This document shows positions 8,084 to 17,399 of a DNA stretch of 44,880 nt, in pieces. The DNA is from an uncultured bacterium (GTDB lineage Bacteria > Hydrothermota > UBA3072). The translations under genes were made by a program, and so were the position numbers. Below the pieces are notes generated by a model that saw only the letters and a program-made list of their open reading frames with translations, did not search any database and was not told the DNA's origin. Location of the stretch: NCBI GenBank assembly GCA_964604245.1, contig CAZRYJ010000003.1:1-44880 (forward strand), written 5' to 3'. Every line of letters begins with the position of its first letter. The stretch's first letter is position 1.

Positions 8084-8821
8084 TTAAGCCGGCAAAGAAC
8101 TACTTTTGATAAATATCTTCATATAAGTATTATCGGTTTTTAACGCGTCCCTGGGAGTACCGTCAAAAACAATATTACCTCCCGAGAGCATTGCGATTCT
8201 ATCTGCAACCTTAAAAGCCGAATTAAGGTCATGTGTTACCATAATTGTCGTTTTTCCAAGTTTTCCCTTGAGGTGAAGCATAAGATCGTTCATTTTTTCA
8301 CACATTATCGGGTCAAGTCCGGTAGTAGGCTCATCATAAATAATATATTCCGGATCAAGGCTTATTGCTCTTGCGATAGCCACTCTTTTTTTCATACCTC
8401 CTGAGAGTTCCTGCGGTTTTTTATTCAAAGAAGATTCGTCAATATCAACGAGATTTAACTTCTCTTTTCCTATATCCTCCATTTCCTTTCTCTTCATACT
8501 TGGAAAATGCTCCTTTAAACCAATAATAACATTTTCAATGACATTCAAAGAATCAAAAAGAGCAGAACTCTGAAATACCATACCAAATTTTTTTCTTACT
8601 TCAAAAAGATGCGCAGAATTTTTGTTAATGTTAACACCATCAACCAAAACTTCTCCCCTGTCAGGCTCAAGTAAACCAAGAATATGTTTTAAAAGCACAG
8701 TCTTTCCGCAACCACTCGAACCGACAATTGCAATAGTTTCGCCTTTATCGATATTAATACTCAAGTTTCGAAGAACTTCGTTGTCTTCAAAATTTTTCCA
8801 GACATTTTTCACTTCTATCAT
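8084..8821 (-). CDS. ABC transporter ATP-binding protein (MlaF/Ttg2A-like), no adjacent permease
   Basis: Walker A GSSGCGKT, signature LSGGMKKRVAIARA, Walker B IIYDEPTTGLD, H-loop VTHD. Confidence 0.85.
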   Translation of the reverse strand: MIEVKNVWKNFEDNEVLRNLSINIDKGETIAIVGSSGCGKTVLLKHILGLLEPDRGEVLVDGVNINKNSAHLFEVRKKFGMVFQSSALFDSLNVIENVIIGLKEHFPSMKRKEMEDIGKEKLNLVDIDESSLNKKPQELSGGMKKRVAIARAISLDPEYIIYDEPTTGLDPIMCEKMNDLMLHLKGKLGKTTIMVTHDLNSAFKVADRIAMLSGGNIVFDGTPRDALKTDNTYMKIFIKSSSLPA

Positions 8822-10152
8822 TCCGTCTCCAAGCTTTTAAAATTATCAAAACGGGCATATTTTCTGCTGAAAGCCACACTAATATCACCTATAGGCCCAT
8901 TTCTCTGCTTCGCTATAATTAGTTCCGCTCTTTCCTCAGAGGCATCACTGCTTTTTTGAAATTGATCCTGACGGTGAATAAACATAACAAAATCCGCATC
9001 CTGTTCAATGGCTCCGGATTCTCTTAAATCTGAAAGTATAGGTTTAGAATCTTTTCCTCTTCTTTCGGGTTGTCTTGAAAGCTGTGAAAGAGCAACAACC
9101 GGAAGGTTTAACTCCATAGCAATCGATTTAAGAGCTCTACTTATAGCTGCGACTTCTTGTTCTCTAGTTTGGAACTGCGGACCTTTAATCAATTGAAGAT
9201 AATCCGCAAATATTATCCCGATATTGTATTTCTTTTTCATTCTTCTTGCTTTTGCCCTGAGTTCAAAAATAGTCATAGCAGGTGAGGCGTCTATGTAAAA
9301 AGGCGCTTCAGTCAACCTTGAAACTGCTGAAGTCAATCCAACCCATTCATCTCCTTTTATATACCCTCCTCTTATTCTATTACCTTCAATACGTGATTCA
9401 GCTGAAAGTAATCTAAAAATCAAACTCTCCCAGTGCATTTCGAGAGAAAAAAAAAGCACTGGAATCTCTTCTTTAAGAGAAATATGAGTAGCGAGATTAA
9501 GTGCTAAGGCTGTCTTCCCTACAGAAGGCCTGGCAGCTAATATTATCAATTCCGCGTTCTGAAAACCACAGCTTATCCTGTCAAGTTCTATAAGTCCTGT
9601 AGAAACACCGGTAATCAGATTTTTATTTTCTGCTCTCTCTTCAATAATCTTCATAACTTCTTTAAGTAAAGGAGTTATTGATTTAACTCTTTCATAACTC
9701 CTTTTCTTCCTGACTTCAAAAATCAAATTTTCAGCTTCATCAAGAATAACTTCCACTTCCTCTTTTGCGGAACTTGCTTTATCAATTATTAATTTACCTT
9801 TATTAATGAGATCTCTGAGAATTGCCTTTTCACTTACAATCTCAGCATAGTATATGACGTTCTCAGCCGAAACAGTACCCTTAACAAAAGAAGCCACATA
9901 ACCTGAACCTCCCACTTTTTCAAGAAAACCGCCTTTTTTTAACCGCTCAACCACTGTAACGATATCCACTTTTTGCCCTTTATTGTAGACTTCAAGAATA
10001 GCGTTATATATTATACCATGCGCGGGATAATAAAAATCGTCCGGACTTAAGGTAGTACTAACCTCCGCAGTAGCCCCCATATCCATAAGCATACTGGATA
10101 TAACAGCGGCTTCTGCCTCCTCTGAGTAAGGCATTCCTACTTTTTCTGTCAA
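8818..10152 (-). CDS. dnaB: replicative DNA helicase
   Basis: DnaB N-terminal domain (PYSEEAEAAVISSML), Walker A ARPSVGKTALAL, and SLEM and IIAKQRNGPIG motifs. Confidence 0.95.
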   Translation of the reverse strand: MTEKVGMPYSEEAEAAVISSMLMDMGATAEVSTTLSPDDFYYPAHGIIYNAILEVYNKGQKVDIVTVVERLKKGGFLEKVGGSGYVASFVKGTVSAENVIYYAEIVSEKAILRDLINKGKLIIDKASSAKEEVEVILDEAENLIFEVRKKRSYERVKSITPLLKEVMKIIEERAENKNLITGVSTGLIELDRISCGFQNAELIILAARPSVGKTALALNLATHISLKEEIPVLFFSLEMHWESLIFRLLSAESRIEGNRIRGGYIKGDEWVGLTSAVSRLTEAPFYIDASPAMTIFELRAKARRMKKKYNIGIIFADYLQLIKGPQFQTREQEVAAISRALKSIAMELNLPVVALSQLSRQPERRGKDSKPILSDLRESGAIEQDADFVMFIHRQDQFQKSSDASEERAELIIAKQRNGPIGDISVAFSRKYARFDNFKSLETE

Positions 10153-10784
10153 GATATACTCCTAATTGCCTTCTTAAAATCTTCAACAACTGTTTTTTCA
10201 CTGTTTGGATTTCTCGCTACATAAGCCGGATGAAATGTAGGAATAGCACGATATGACATGTATTCTAATGTTTTACCCCTTATTTTAGTAATACCGCTTG
10301 CCTCTCCGCTGACAAGAGATAACGCTATATTACCAAGCAATACAATAACTTTAGGGCGGATTACCTCCATTTGTTTGATTAAATAAGGATTACATTTCAT
10401 TATTTCATATCCTTGCGGATTTCTATTCCCCGGAGGTCTGCATTTAACTACATTAGTAATAAATACATCACTCATTTCAATACCTGCCGCACAAAGCATA
10501 TCATCTAATCTTTTACCCGCAACACCAACAAAGGGTATCCCTTGAAGATCTTCATCTCGACCCGGAGCTTCTCCTATAATCATAATGCTCGCATCAACGG
10601 GACCTTTTCCAAAAACCGCATTAGTTCTATTCTTATGGAGCTCACATTTCTTACATACCCGAACTTCTTCCCTCAAATCTTCAAAGGGAGAAATTTTCAA
10701 AAGCGAGCTGTCAACCTTATCGAAACCCATATATTTAAGCATATGTAAAATTTCTACGATTTTATTTTTTCGATAATTTTCCAT
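10149..10784 (-). CDS. uracil-DNA glycosylase, family 4
   Basis: GEAPGRDEDLQGIPFVGVAGKRLD motif with CKKCELHK and a C-terminal HPAY. A later start (M14, 10745) would remove the 31-nt overlap with coaBC. Confidence 0.85.
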   Translation of the reverse strand: MENYRKNKIVEILHMLKYMGFDKVDSSLLKISPFEDLREEVRVCKKCELHKNRTNAVFGKGPVDASIMIIGEAPGRDEDLQGIPFVGVAGKRLDDMLCAAGIEMSDVFITNVVKCRPPGNRNPQGYEIMKCNPYLIKQMEVIRPKVIVLLGNIALSLVSGEASGITKIRGKTLEYMSYRAIPTFHPAYVARNPNSEKTVVEDFKKAIRSIS

Positions 10785-11908
10785 GCAAGTTCATCTTTAG
10801 AACACTTAAATTCTTCTGCGCCCGAAATCGACACAATGATTCCGGCAGTTTTATCGCTTCCAATCGAATCCGGATAATTTCCAACCATCAAATCACAACC
10901 TTTTTCTTTCATTTTCTTAACGGTTGAAGTCTTTAGTTTCTCGGATTCAAGAGAAAAACCAACGATAAATTGATTTTTCTTTTTCTTCTTTAACTCCTTA
11001 AGAATATCAATATTATTCGTCAATTTCAGAATTAACTCTCCTGATTTTTTTATTTTTTTCTTTTTTGAATCAACGGTAAAATCAGATACAGCCGCGCTCA
11101 TAAAAAGATATTCAACATCCTTCCATCTGCTTAAAATTTTATTATACATTTCTTTTGCTGTCTCTATCTGTGTAATTTTATAAGGGGTGTCAGGATCCGG
11201 CATAATGGTATTTTTTCCTAAAATCAGTTCCACTTTACCACCAGCAAGATAACAATTTCTTGCAAGAGAATAAGCCATTTTACTCGAAGAACCGTTTGTC
11301 AAATATCTTACCGGGTCAATCTTTTCAAAAGTGCCCCCTCCTGTTATAAGGCAAAGAGCATTATTAAAAAGATCGGGAGAAAGAGCTTTTTCTGTTTCCA
11401 GAACTATCCGTTCAATAGAGGGCAGCCTTCCTTTTCCTTCCTTTCCGCATGCGAGAGGCCCCTGGCTCGGATCAACGATATAGTGACTACAACTTCTAAG
11501 ATAATCAATATTTTTTTGAAGAACCGGATTTCCATACATCCTGTTATTCATTGAGGGAAAAAACAGTAACTTCTTATTATAGGCTGCGATTGCAGAAGAA
11601 AGAAGGTCATCGGCAATACCAGAAGAAACCTTTCCTATAATATTATAATCGGCAGGCAGAATAACAAAAAGGTCCGCTTCCTGGCTTAAAGCTATATGCG
11701 GGATGCCGTTTTCCCAGAGAGAATCATAAACTCTATCACTTAAAACCGATAAAACTATAGGTGAAATAAAATTTTTTGCGTTCTCTGTTAAAATAACCTT
11801 AACAATCGCCCCTTTCTCCTTAAGCTCTCTCAGGAACAAAGGAACCTTATAAGCAGAAATACCTCCTGTAACACCTACAAGAATAACCTTTCCAGAAAGA
11901 GGATTCAA
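10754..11908 (-). CDS. coaBC: bifunctional phosphopantothenoylcysteine decarboxylase / phosphopantothenate-cysteine ligase
   Basis: N-terminal flavoprotein motif VGVTGGISAYK and a C-terminal DFP/CoaB domain. Sits in the gmk-rpoZ-coaBC synteny. Confidence 0.9.
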   Translation of the reverse strand: MNPLSGKVILVGVTGGISAYKVPLFLRELKEKGAIVKVILTENAKNFISPIVLSVLSDRVYDSLWENGIPHIALSQEADLFVILPADYNIIGKVSSGIADDLLSSAIAAYNKKLLFFPSMNNRMYGNPVLQKNIDYLRSCSHYIVDPSQGPLACGKEGKGRLPSIERIVLETEKALSPDLFNNALCLITGGGTFEKIDPVRYLTNGSSSKMAYSLARNCYLAGGKVELILGKNTIMPDPDTPYKITQIETAKEMYNKILSRWKDVEYLFMSAAVSDFTVDSKKKKIKKSGELILKLTNNIDILKELKKKKKNQFIVGFSLESEKLKTSTVKKMKEKGCDLMVGNYPDSIGSDKTAGIIVSISGAEEFKCSKDELAWKIIEKIKS

Positions 11909-11911
11909 AAA

Positions 11912-12121
11912 TTAATCCTCCTCCTCTTGAATTACTTCATATTCTATATTTCCATTAATAAATTCCTCAATAGCCTTATAGATAGGCTTCTTAATTGTTG
12001 TTCTCTTAAAAGTACTGAACCACAGAGCACTTTTACCCATAATGAGAACAGCCTTGTAAATATTCTCTTCTTTATTCTTAACTTCCTCTAATGGATAGAT
12101 CATATTTTGCCTCCAATTCAA
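11912..12121 (-). CDS. rpoZ: DNA-directed RNA polymerase subunit omega (probable)
   Basis: 69 aa. NIYKAVLIMGKSA resembles the omega core NRYxLvxxaakRA, and the position between gmk and coaBC fits. Confidence 0.55.
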   Translation of the reverse strand: MNWRQNMIYPLEEVKNKEENIYKAVLIMGKSALWFSTFKRTTIKKPIYKAIEEFINGNIEYEVIQEEED

Positions 12122-12678
12122 TTTTTTATTTTATGTCTTTCAGCTATAATTATAGCTTTAACGGTCGAAATTGTTTCTTTTAAGTTTTTATTGATAACCA
12201 GATAATTGAAATTTTTAATTTCTTTCACCTCAAAAGAAGCCGTTTTTATCCTGTTTTTTATTTCAATTTCTTTTTCATCATTACGATTTTTTATTCTTTT
12301 TACTGCTTCACCCATTGTTGGCGGCATCAGAAATATTGAAACCGCATTTTTTATTTTTTTGCAAAGATTTATCTTTCCTTTCACATCCATATCCATTAAT
12401 ATTTCCTTATCTCCTTTCTCTGATTCAACAATAACATCCTTTAAAGTTCCGTAATAATGACTATGCACTTTCTCACTTTCTAAGAACCTGCCTTCTTTCT
12501 CCCATTTTTTGAATTCTTTCTCAGAAATAAAATAATAATCAACTCCATCCCTCTCCCCTTTTCTTTTCTCTCTGGTAGTAGCAGAAACCGAGTATAAGAG
12601 CCTATCATCATCCTTAACAAGCGACTTGCAGACTGTTGTCTTACCTGCTCCCGAAGGACCGGCTATTATTATAATCAT
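12118..12678 (-). CDS. gmk: guanylate kinase
   Basis: P-loop AGPSGAGKTT and SATTREKRKGERDGVDYYF. Confidence 0.9.
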   Translation of the reverse strand: MIIIIAGPSGAGKTTVCKSLVKDDDRLLYSVSATTREKRKGERDGVDYYFISEKEFKKWEKEGRFLESEKVHSHYYGTLKDVIVESEKGDKEILMDMDVKGKINLCKKIKNAVSIFLMPPTMGEAVKRIKNRNDEKEIEIKNRIKTASFEVKEIKNFNYLVINKNLKETISTVKAIIIAERHKIKN

Positions 12679-13526
12679 TCGATATTTTCCACTTGTTCTC
12701 GAAGCTCATCAAGTAGCTCTTTGAGGTCAATAACCCTATGTACAACATCTGCAGTATAAGCTTTTGAACCTATTGTATTTGCTTCTCTAGCCATCTCCTG
12801 CAGTAAAAATTTCAATCTTTTCCCAACAGAATTATCACTTTTAATTAATTCTCGAAAATAATCAATATGACTTTTTAATCGCACCAATTCCTCATTGATA
12901 TCACCCTTGAAAGCAAAAAGATTAATATCTTCACGGGAAATTTGTATATCGAGGTCATTCAATCTTTTAATTTCTTTAAGTATTTTTTCCTTTTTTTCTT
13001 CTGAACCCGCATCGAATTTACTAAATATAAAATTAAGAATATCTTCAAAATTCCTTATTTTTTCCGCAAGATCCTTTTTTATAAACTCGCCTTCCCGTCT
13101 CTTAACTTCGTTGAGTTCGTTGAGTAAATTGTCCAAAAACGAATCGATTTCCTTCCATTCCAGATCCAATTTTGTAAAATCTCCCCAAACATCCGAAAAG
13201 TTCATAAGAATAGAAATGTCAATATCACCCTTTAATTTAAATTTCTCTTTTAAGTTACGCAGCTTTTTAATATCCTGCTCAATATTCTTTTGATATATGG
13301 GCGAATCAATAAAATCCCCATCCTCGAGATAAACTTGCATCTCTATTCTACCTCTTGCGAGCTTATCTTTAATTTTATCGTAAATGTTTACCCTGTAAGG
13401 TAACAAAAATTCCGGTAAAGTGAGATTTATATCAATAAATCTGCTATTATAGGAAGCAAGATTAACTCTCATAGTTAACCCTGAGATTTCCTTTATAGCA
13501 GAAACAAAAGCTGTCATTGACTTCAT
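12675..13526 (-). CDS. yicC: YicC family stress-induced protein
   Basis: Length is YicC-like, and the C-terminal LLQEMAREANTIGSKA motif is characteristic of the YicC/DUF1732 family. Confidence 0.85.
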   Translation of the reverse strand: MKSMTAFVSAIKEISGLTMRVNLASYNSRFIDINLTLPEFLLPYRVNIYDKIKDKLARGRIEMQVYLEDGDFIDSPIYQKNIEQDIKKLRNLKEKFKLKGDIDISILMNFSDVWGDFTKLDLEWKEIDSFLDNLLNELNEVKRREGEFIKKDLAEKIRNFEDILNFIFSKFDAGSEEKKEKILKEIKRLNDLDIQISREDINLFAFKGDINEELVRLKSHIDYFRELIKSDNSVGKRLKFLLQEMAREANTIGSKAYTADVVHRVIDLKELLDELREQVENIE

Positions 13527-13969
13527 TTTTCCACCATTAAGGTAACCGGACCATCGTTTATCAATTCAACTTCCATTTTTTCACCAAAAAATCCTTTTTT
13601 GCATGAAACATAACCACTTATTTGATTGCAGAAAAAATCAAATAAATCTTTTGCCCGCTGGGGTCTCTGGGCCTGCGTAAATTCGGGTCTTCTGCCTTTT
13701 TCCGTATCTCCATATAAAGTAAATTGAGGCACCGCTAAAACTTCTCCTTCTATATCAGCCAGAGATAAATCAAATTTGCCCTTATTTTCAAAAACTCTAA
13801 GCTTAAATATTTTCTCTGCCAAAAAAGCGGCCATATCCCGAGTGTCATTTTTCCCAATTCCGACAAAAAGTAAAAGCCCCTTTCCAATTGAAGTTTCATC
13901 TTTTTTAACCTTTTCATCTTTAATTAAACGAACTGAAGCAGAAAGCACTCTTTGTATTAGAACCTTCAA
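13523..13969 (-). CDS. dtd: D-aminoacyl-tRNA deacylase
   Basis: MKVLIQRV start, then VPQFTLYGDT..GRRP.F and a C-terminal NDGPVTL. Confidence 0.9.
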   Translation of the reverse strand: MKVLIQRVLSASVRLIKDEKVKKDETSIGKGLLLFVGIGKNDTRDMAAFLAEKIFKLRVFENKGKFDLSLADIEGEVLAVPQFTLYGDTEKGRRPEFTQAQRPQRAKDLFDFFCNQISGYVSCKKGFFGEKMEVELINDGPVTLMVEK

Positions 13970-13971
13970 AA

Positions 13972-14457
13972 TTACATCCTGAACTTTCCGAAATCTTCCG
14001 GCTTAATGTCCTCCATATACTTTTTTATATCTTGGACCTTTTTATTATCATCAAGATCCAATTTTATACCACCTTTATCCATCACTTTATCCTGTACATA
14101 GATAGGAATATGATTCTTAGAGGCCAGGGCAAGTGAATCACTAGGTCTCGAATCTATTCTGAATATTGCGTTGTCTTTCTTTAGATAAATTTCAGCAAAA
14201 TAGGTATCATCTTTTAAATCGGAAACCACAACTTTTGATATATCTACCTTCAAGCCCTTAAGTACATTCAAAAGTAAATCATGAGTAAGAGGACGCTTAA
14301 ACTGTTCGTTTTTCAGTCCTTGAGATATCGCTTCAGCTTCAAAAGGACCTATCCAAATAGGAAGAACCCTCTTCTTTTCGTCAATATCTCTTAAAAGTAC
14401 TACCGGAGTATTTGAGGTTCTGTCAATCGCAATACCTGCAATTTTAACTTCCCTCAC
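13972..14457 (-). CDS. bifunctional nuclease family protein (BFN/DUF151)
   Basis: PVVLLRD...RVLPIWIGPFEAEAI....RPLTHDL and RPSDSLALA motifs typical of the BFN domain. Confidence 0.8.
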   Translation of the reverse strand: MREVKIAGIAIDRTSNTPVVLLRDIDEKKRVLPIWIGPFEAEAISQGLKNEQFKRPLTHDLLLNVLKGLKVDISKVVVSDLKDDTYFAEIYLKKDNAIFRIDSRPSDSLALASKNHIPIYVQDKVMDKGGIKLDLDDNKKVQDIKKYMEDIKPEDFGKFRM

Positions 14458-15229
14458 TCTCCTCCTCCTTAAGAGAATTTTCTTCTGTCTCAGTAGCTTC
14501 TTCTCTTACCTCCGGAGATTCTTCTTCCTCCGAAGCAGACACTTCTTCTACTTTCGGAGACTCTTCTTTAACCTCTACCGGTTCTTCTTTCTCCTCAGGG
14601 GATGCCTCTGCTTCAGGTACTTCCTCTTTAACCTCTTCAGAAGATTCTTCTTCCTCCGAAGCAGACACTTCTTCTACTTCAGGAGATTCTTCTTTAACCT
14701 CTACCGATTCTTCTTTCTCCTCGGAAGATTTCTCTTCCTCAGCGGACTCATCTTTGACCTCTTGGGATTCTTCTTCTTCCTCAGAAGCTTCCCCCTCAAC
14801 GATAAGCTTAATATGGGCTTTTACATCCTTAAATAAATTCAATTGTATCTCATATGATCCGGTTTCTCTTATATGGTCTTCTATATCCATAATCTTTTTA
14901 TCAATAAGAAACCCTTCTTCCTTTAAAAGGTCTTCAATATCTTGTTTGGTTATAGAACCATACAGTTTACCCTCTTTACCGACTTTAGCCTCAACTTTAA
15001 ACTCTTTGCCATCGATTTTCTCTTTAATCTGCTCTGCAGACATCGTTTCCTTTTCCAATTTAATTTCTTCGAATTTGCCTTCTGCTTTGATGCTGGCTTT
15101 ATTACCGGGAGTGTTAAGAACCGCAATATTTTTTGGTATCAAGTAGTTTCTCGCATATCCATCAGCGACTTGAACAACCTTACCTCTCTCTCCTAAATGC
15201 GGATGATTTTCCTTAAGTATTACTTCCAT
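14444..15229 (-). CDS. rplI: 50S ribosomal protein L9 with long acidic C-terminal extension
   Basis: Canonical L9 N-terminus MEVILKENHPHLGERGKVVQVADGYARNYLIPKNIA. The core ends near aa 145, and aa 146-261 are an E/S/V/P-rich tail. Confidence 0.9.
   Translation of the reverse strand: MEVILKENHPHLGERGKVVQVADGYARNYLIPKNIAVLNTPGNKASIKAEGKFEEIKLEKETMSAEQIKEKIDGKEFKVEAKVGKEGKLYGSITKQDIEDLLKEEGFLIDKKIMDIEDHIRETGSYEIQLNLFKDVKAHIKLIVEGEASEEEEESQEVKDESAEEEKSSEEKEESVEVKEESPEVEEVSASEEEESSEEVKEEVPEAEASPEEKEEPVEVKEESPKVEEVSASEEEESPEVREEATETEENSLKEEESEGS
14474..14725 (-). repeat. 2 x 126-bp in-frame tandem repeat inside the rplI tail
   Basis: Protein units are SEEKEESVEVKEESPEVEEVSASEEEES.. (aa 169-210) and PEEKEEPVEVKEESPKVEEVSASEEEES.. 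(aa 211-252). The DNA string ttcttcctccgaagcagacacttcttctac recurs 126 nt apart (about 14521 and 14647). Confidence 0.85.
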
Positions 15230-15235
15230 ATCAAC

Positions 15236-15463
15236 CTACCAGTTTAAAGCCTTAACATAAGGCATTAATGCGACTTCCCTGGATTGTTTTATTGCCTTTT
15301 TTAATTTTCTTTGATGTTTCGGACAAACCCTCGTTATTCTGGAAGGAAGAATCTTACCGCTTGGAGTGACAAATTTACTCAATAATTCTACATTTTTATA
15401 ATCAATCTGATCTGATTTATTCTTACAAAAATGGCAATTCTTTTTCCTTCTATCCGTTGACAC
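15236..15463 (-). CDS. rpsR: 30S ribosomal protein S18
   Basis: CHFCKN...[13 protein letters not shown]...[31 protein letters not shown] start preceded by AAGAGGAGGAG. Confidence 0.9.
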   Translation of the reverse strand: MSTDRRKKNCHFCKNKSDQIDYKNVELLSKFVTPSGKILPSRITRVCPKHQRKLKKAIKQSREVALMPYVKALNW

Positions 15464-15525
15464 TAATCTCCTCCTCTTTAATGTTGTTTTAAATAAAATA
15501 AACCTTATCTCAACAATACGTATTT

Positions 15526-15553
15526 AATTTATATAGATTGATAATATAGTCAA
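15526..15553 (-). promoter_or_regulatory. putative promoter for the rpsR-led gene string
   Basis: On the minus strand: TTGACT (15553..15548), a 16-nt spacer, then TAAATT (15531..15526). Confidence 0.4.
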
Positions 15554-15638
15554 GCCCTGAACAATAGCTTTTTTTATGACAGAAAGCAATAAGAAATATA
15601 GCGAATCCAATGCCAATGTCTAAAGTCTGATGACCGTT

Positions 15639-15668
15639 AACACAAAGCCCCTCCACACCCATTTTTTT
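15639..15668 (+). repeat. CACAAAG variant with CCACACCC-T7 tail
   Basis: aaCACAAAGCCCCtCCACACCCattttttt. Confidence 0.7.
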
Positions 15669-15689
15669 ATTTATTGTTTTTACTAGATT

Positions 15690-15750
15690 CCACTCCCCAA
15701 ATCTTAAATCCTAAAAAAAGACTGAATTAACAAGATTTACCGGATTTTTT
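15690..15750 (+). repeat. CCCCAAATC-TAAATCC module followed by a short GATT-word pair
   Basis: ccactCCCCAAATCttAAATCCtaaaaaaa ... aacaaGATTTaccgGATTTttt. Confidence 0.6.
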
Positions 15751-15818
15751 ATTTGTTTTTTTTGAAAGACCCGAAACTAGAAGCTCATAACTTGTAACTA
15801 TAATTCCACAAGCCTTCA

Positions 15819-17399
15819 TCAGGAATCCAGTATTTTTTGCGCTTCTTCTTTATCACATTTCATTATATATTGAATACCGCTTATCTCACTCGCTTCATGT
15901 GTTAAAGCAGCAATATCGTCCCGGGTAATATATTCCAGTGCAAATTTACGACAGCCCGCCATAATCTGCCTCAATCCTTGATTTAATCTCTCCATATAGG
16001 TATATAGACCCATCGCGCCTGTTGGAAGATTTTCAAAGTCGCTTCCGAGTTTTCTCTTAAGTGCCGGTGCTGTAACAAATATCTCTTCAGGCGTATTTCC
16101 AAATCTTTCAATGTATACAGGAACCATTCCCTCATTGATTGTCTTCCCGATTGTCTTGCCCACCATGGCTGCTGCAAGCGGAGCCCTCGCCATACCTATT
16201 AATTTAAAGTGTGGCGCACCAAGTGCCAATCCTTTCAACATCTGGTCCTCAAATGCGAATCCACCTGCTATAGCAATATCCGGAACATACTCCCCTCTCC
16301 TGGCAAGTCTATCAACATATTTGTAGAGTAAAGAATGCAATTCGACCTCCGGTACACCCCATTCGTTCATCATTCTCCAGGGACTCATACCTGTTCCGCC
16401 ACCGGCTGCATCTACGGTTAGCAAATCAATCTCTGCCTTTGATGAAAACTTCAATGCTCTTGCCAGATCTACAGGTCTGTATGCGCCTGTCTTGAGGAAA
16501 ACGTGTTTTGCGCCTAAACTTTTCAGTTCCTTTACCCTCTTCAAAAAACTTTCCTCAGTAACCATACCTACCCTGGAATGCCGTTCGAACTCTTTAAAAT
16601 TGCCTTTTTCAAATGCCTTGATAATATCCGGTTTTGTTGGATCAGGTAGGACAATGTACCCTCTTTTTTTCAGGAGCTGAGCTCTTTTCAAATCCTTGAT
16701 TTTAACCTCACCACCTATGTTTTTTGCTCCCTGCCCCCATTTCAGTTCAACAGCGTCAACATCCAGTTCCGAAATAGCATATTCATGAACCCCTAAATTT
16801 GTGTCCTCTACATTCGCCTGGACAATTATCGCACCATATCCGTCCTGCTGCCATTTTTTGTAGAGTTTTACTCTCCACTCAAGATCCGTTGAATGCTTTA
16901 CTTTTCCATCAACAATTTCAGATTCAGGGTCCATTCCGCACACATTTTCACCGATAGTTAAGGGTATACCTGTTAACGCCGCACCTATTGCCAGTCCCTC
17001 CCAGTTGTTTTTCGCTATGGCTGTCGAACCTAAACCGGGTATGATTACAGGCATCTTAAGTTTTATATCCTTATTTTTTCCAATATTCGTTTCTATATTT
17101 ACATTTGAGAATAACGCTTCATCGCTGTCAGCCTTTATTCCTTCAGCACCTACGATTCCTCCGAGTATTGTGAAATGAGACAGGTCAACAGGATAAATTT
17201 TTTCGTTTGCGGAAGTTATTATTCCAAAAGGCTGGGGATAAATCACCTCATGCCCTCGATAGGCGGATTTACCTATTTCGCACATCCCTATACATCCGTC
17301 TACACAGGTTGCGCACATTCCGCTCATTGAATTTATTGCCCCTTCAGTTCTATTTTTTGTCAGCGTTGCCGCTGTTGCGTTAATCTTTGTTAAAGACAT
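15819..17399 (-). CDS. glutamate synthase-related FMN subunit (GltB domain-2 type) with N-terminal Cys cluster
   Basis: 526 aa. N-terminal CATCVDGCIGMCEIGKS (CxxCxxxCxxxC), a TIM-barrel FMN region with VDAAGGGTGMSP and IAGGF. There is no glutamine amidotransferase domain and no GXGXG domain. Overlaps the upstream gene by 10 nt. Confidence 0.8.
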   Translation of the reverse strand: MSLTKINATAATLTKNRTEGAINSMSGMCATCVDGCIGMCEIGKSAYRGHEVIYPQPFGIITSANEKIYPVDLSHFTILGGIVGAEGIKADSDEALFSNVNIETNIGKNKDIKLKMPVIIPGLGSTAIAKNNWEGLAIGAALTGIPLTIGENVCGMDPESEIVDGKVKHSTDLEWRVKLYKKWQQDGYGAIIVQANVEDTNLGVHEYAISELDVDAVELKWGQGAKNIGGEVKIKDLKRAQLLKKRGYIVLPDPTKPDIIKAFEKGNFKEFERHSRVGMVTEESFLKRVKELKSLGAKHVFLKTGAYRPVDLARALKFSSKAEIDLLTVDAAGGGTGMSPWRMMNEWGVPEVELHSLLYKYVDRLARRGEYVPDIAIAGGFAFEDQMLKGLALGAPHFKLIGMARAPLAAAMVGKTIGKTINEGMVPVYIERFGNTPEEIFVTAPALKRKLGSDFENLPTGAMGLYTYMERLNQGLRQIMAGCRKFALEYITRDDIAALTHEASEISGIQYIMKCDKEEAQKILDS

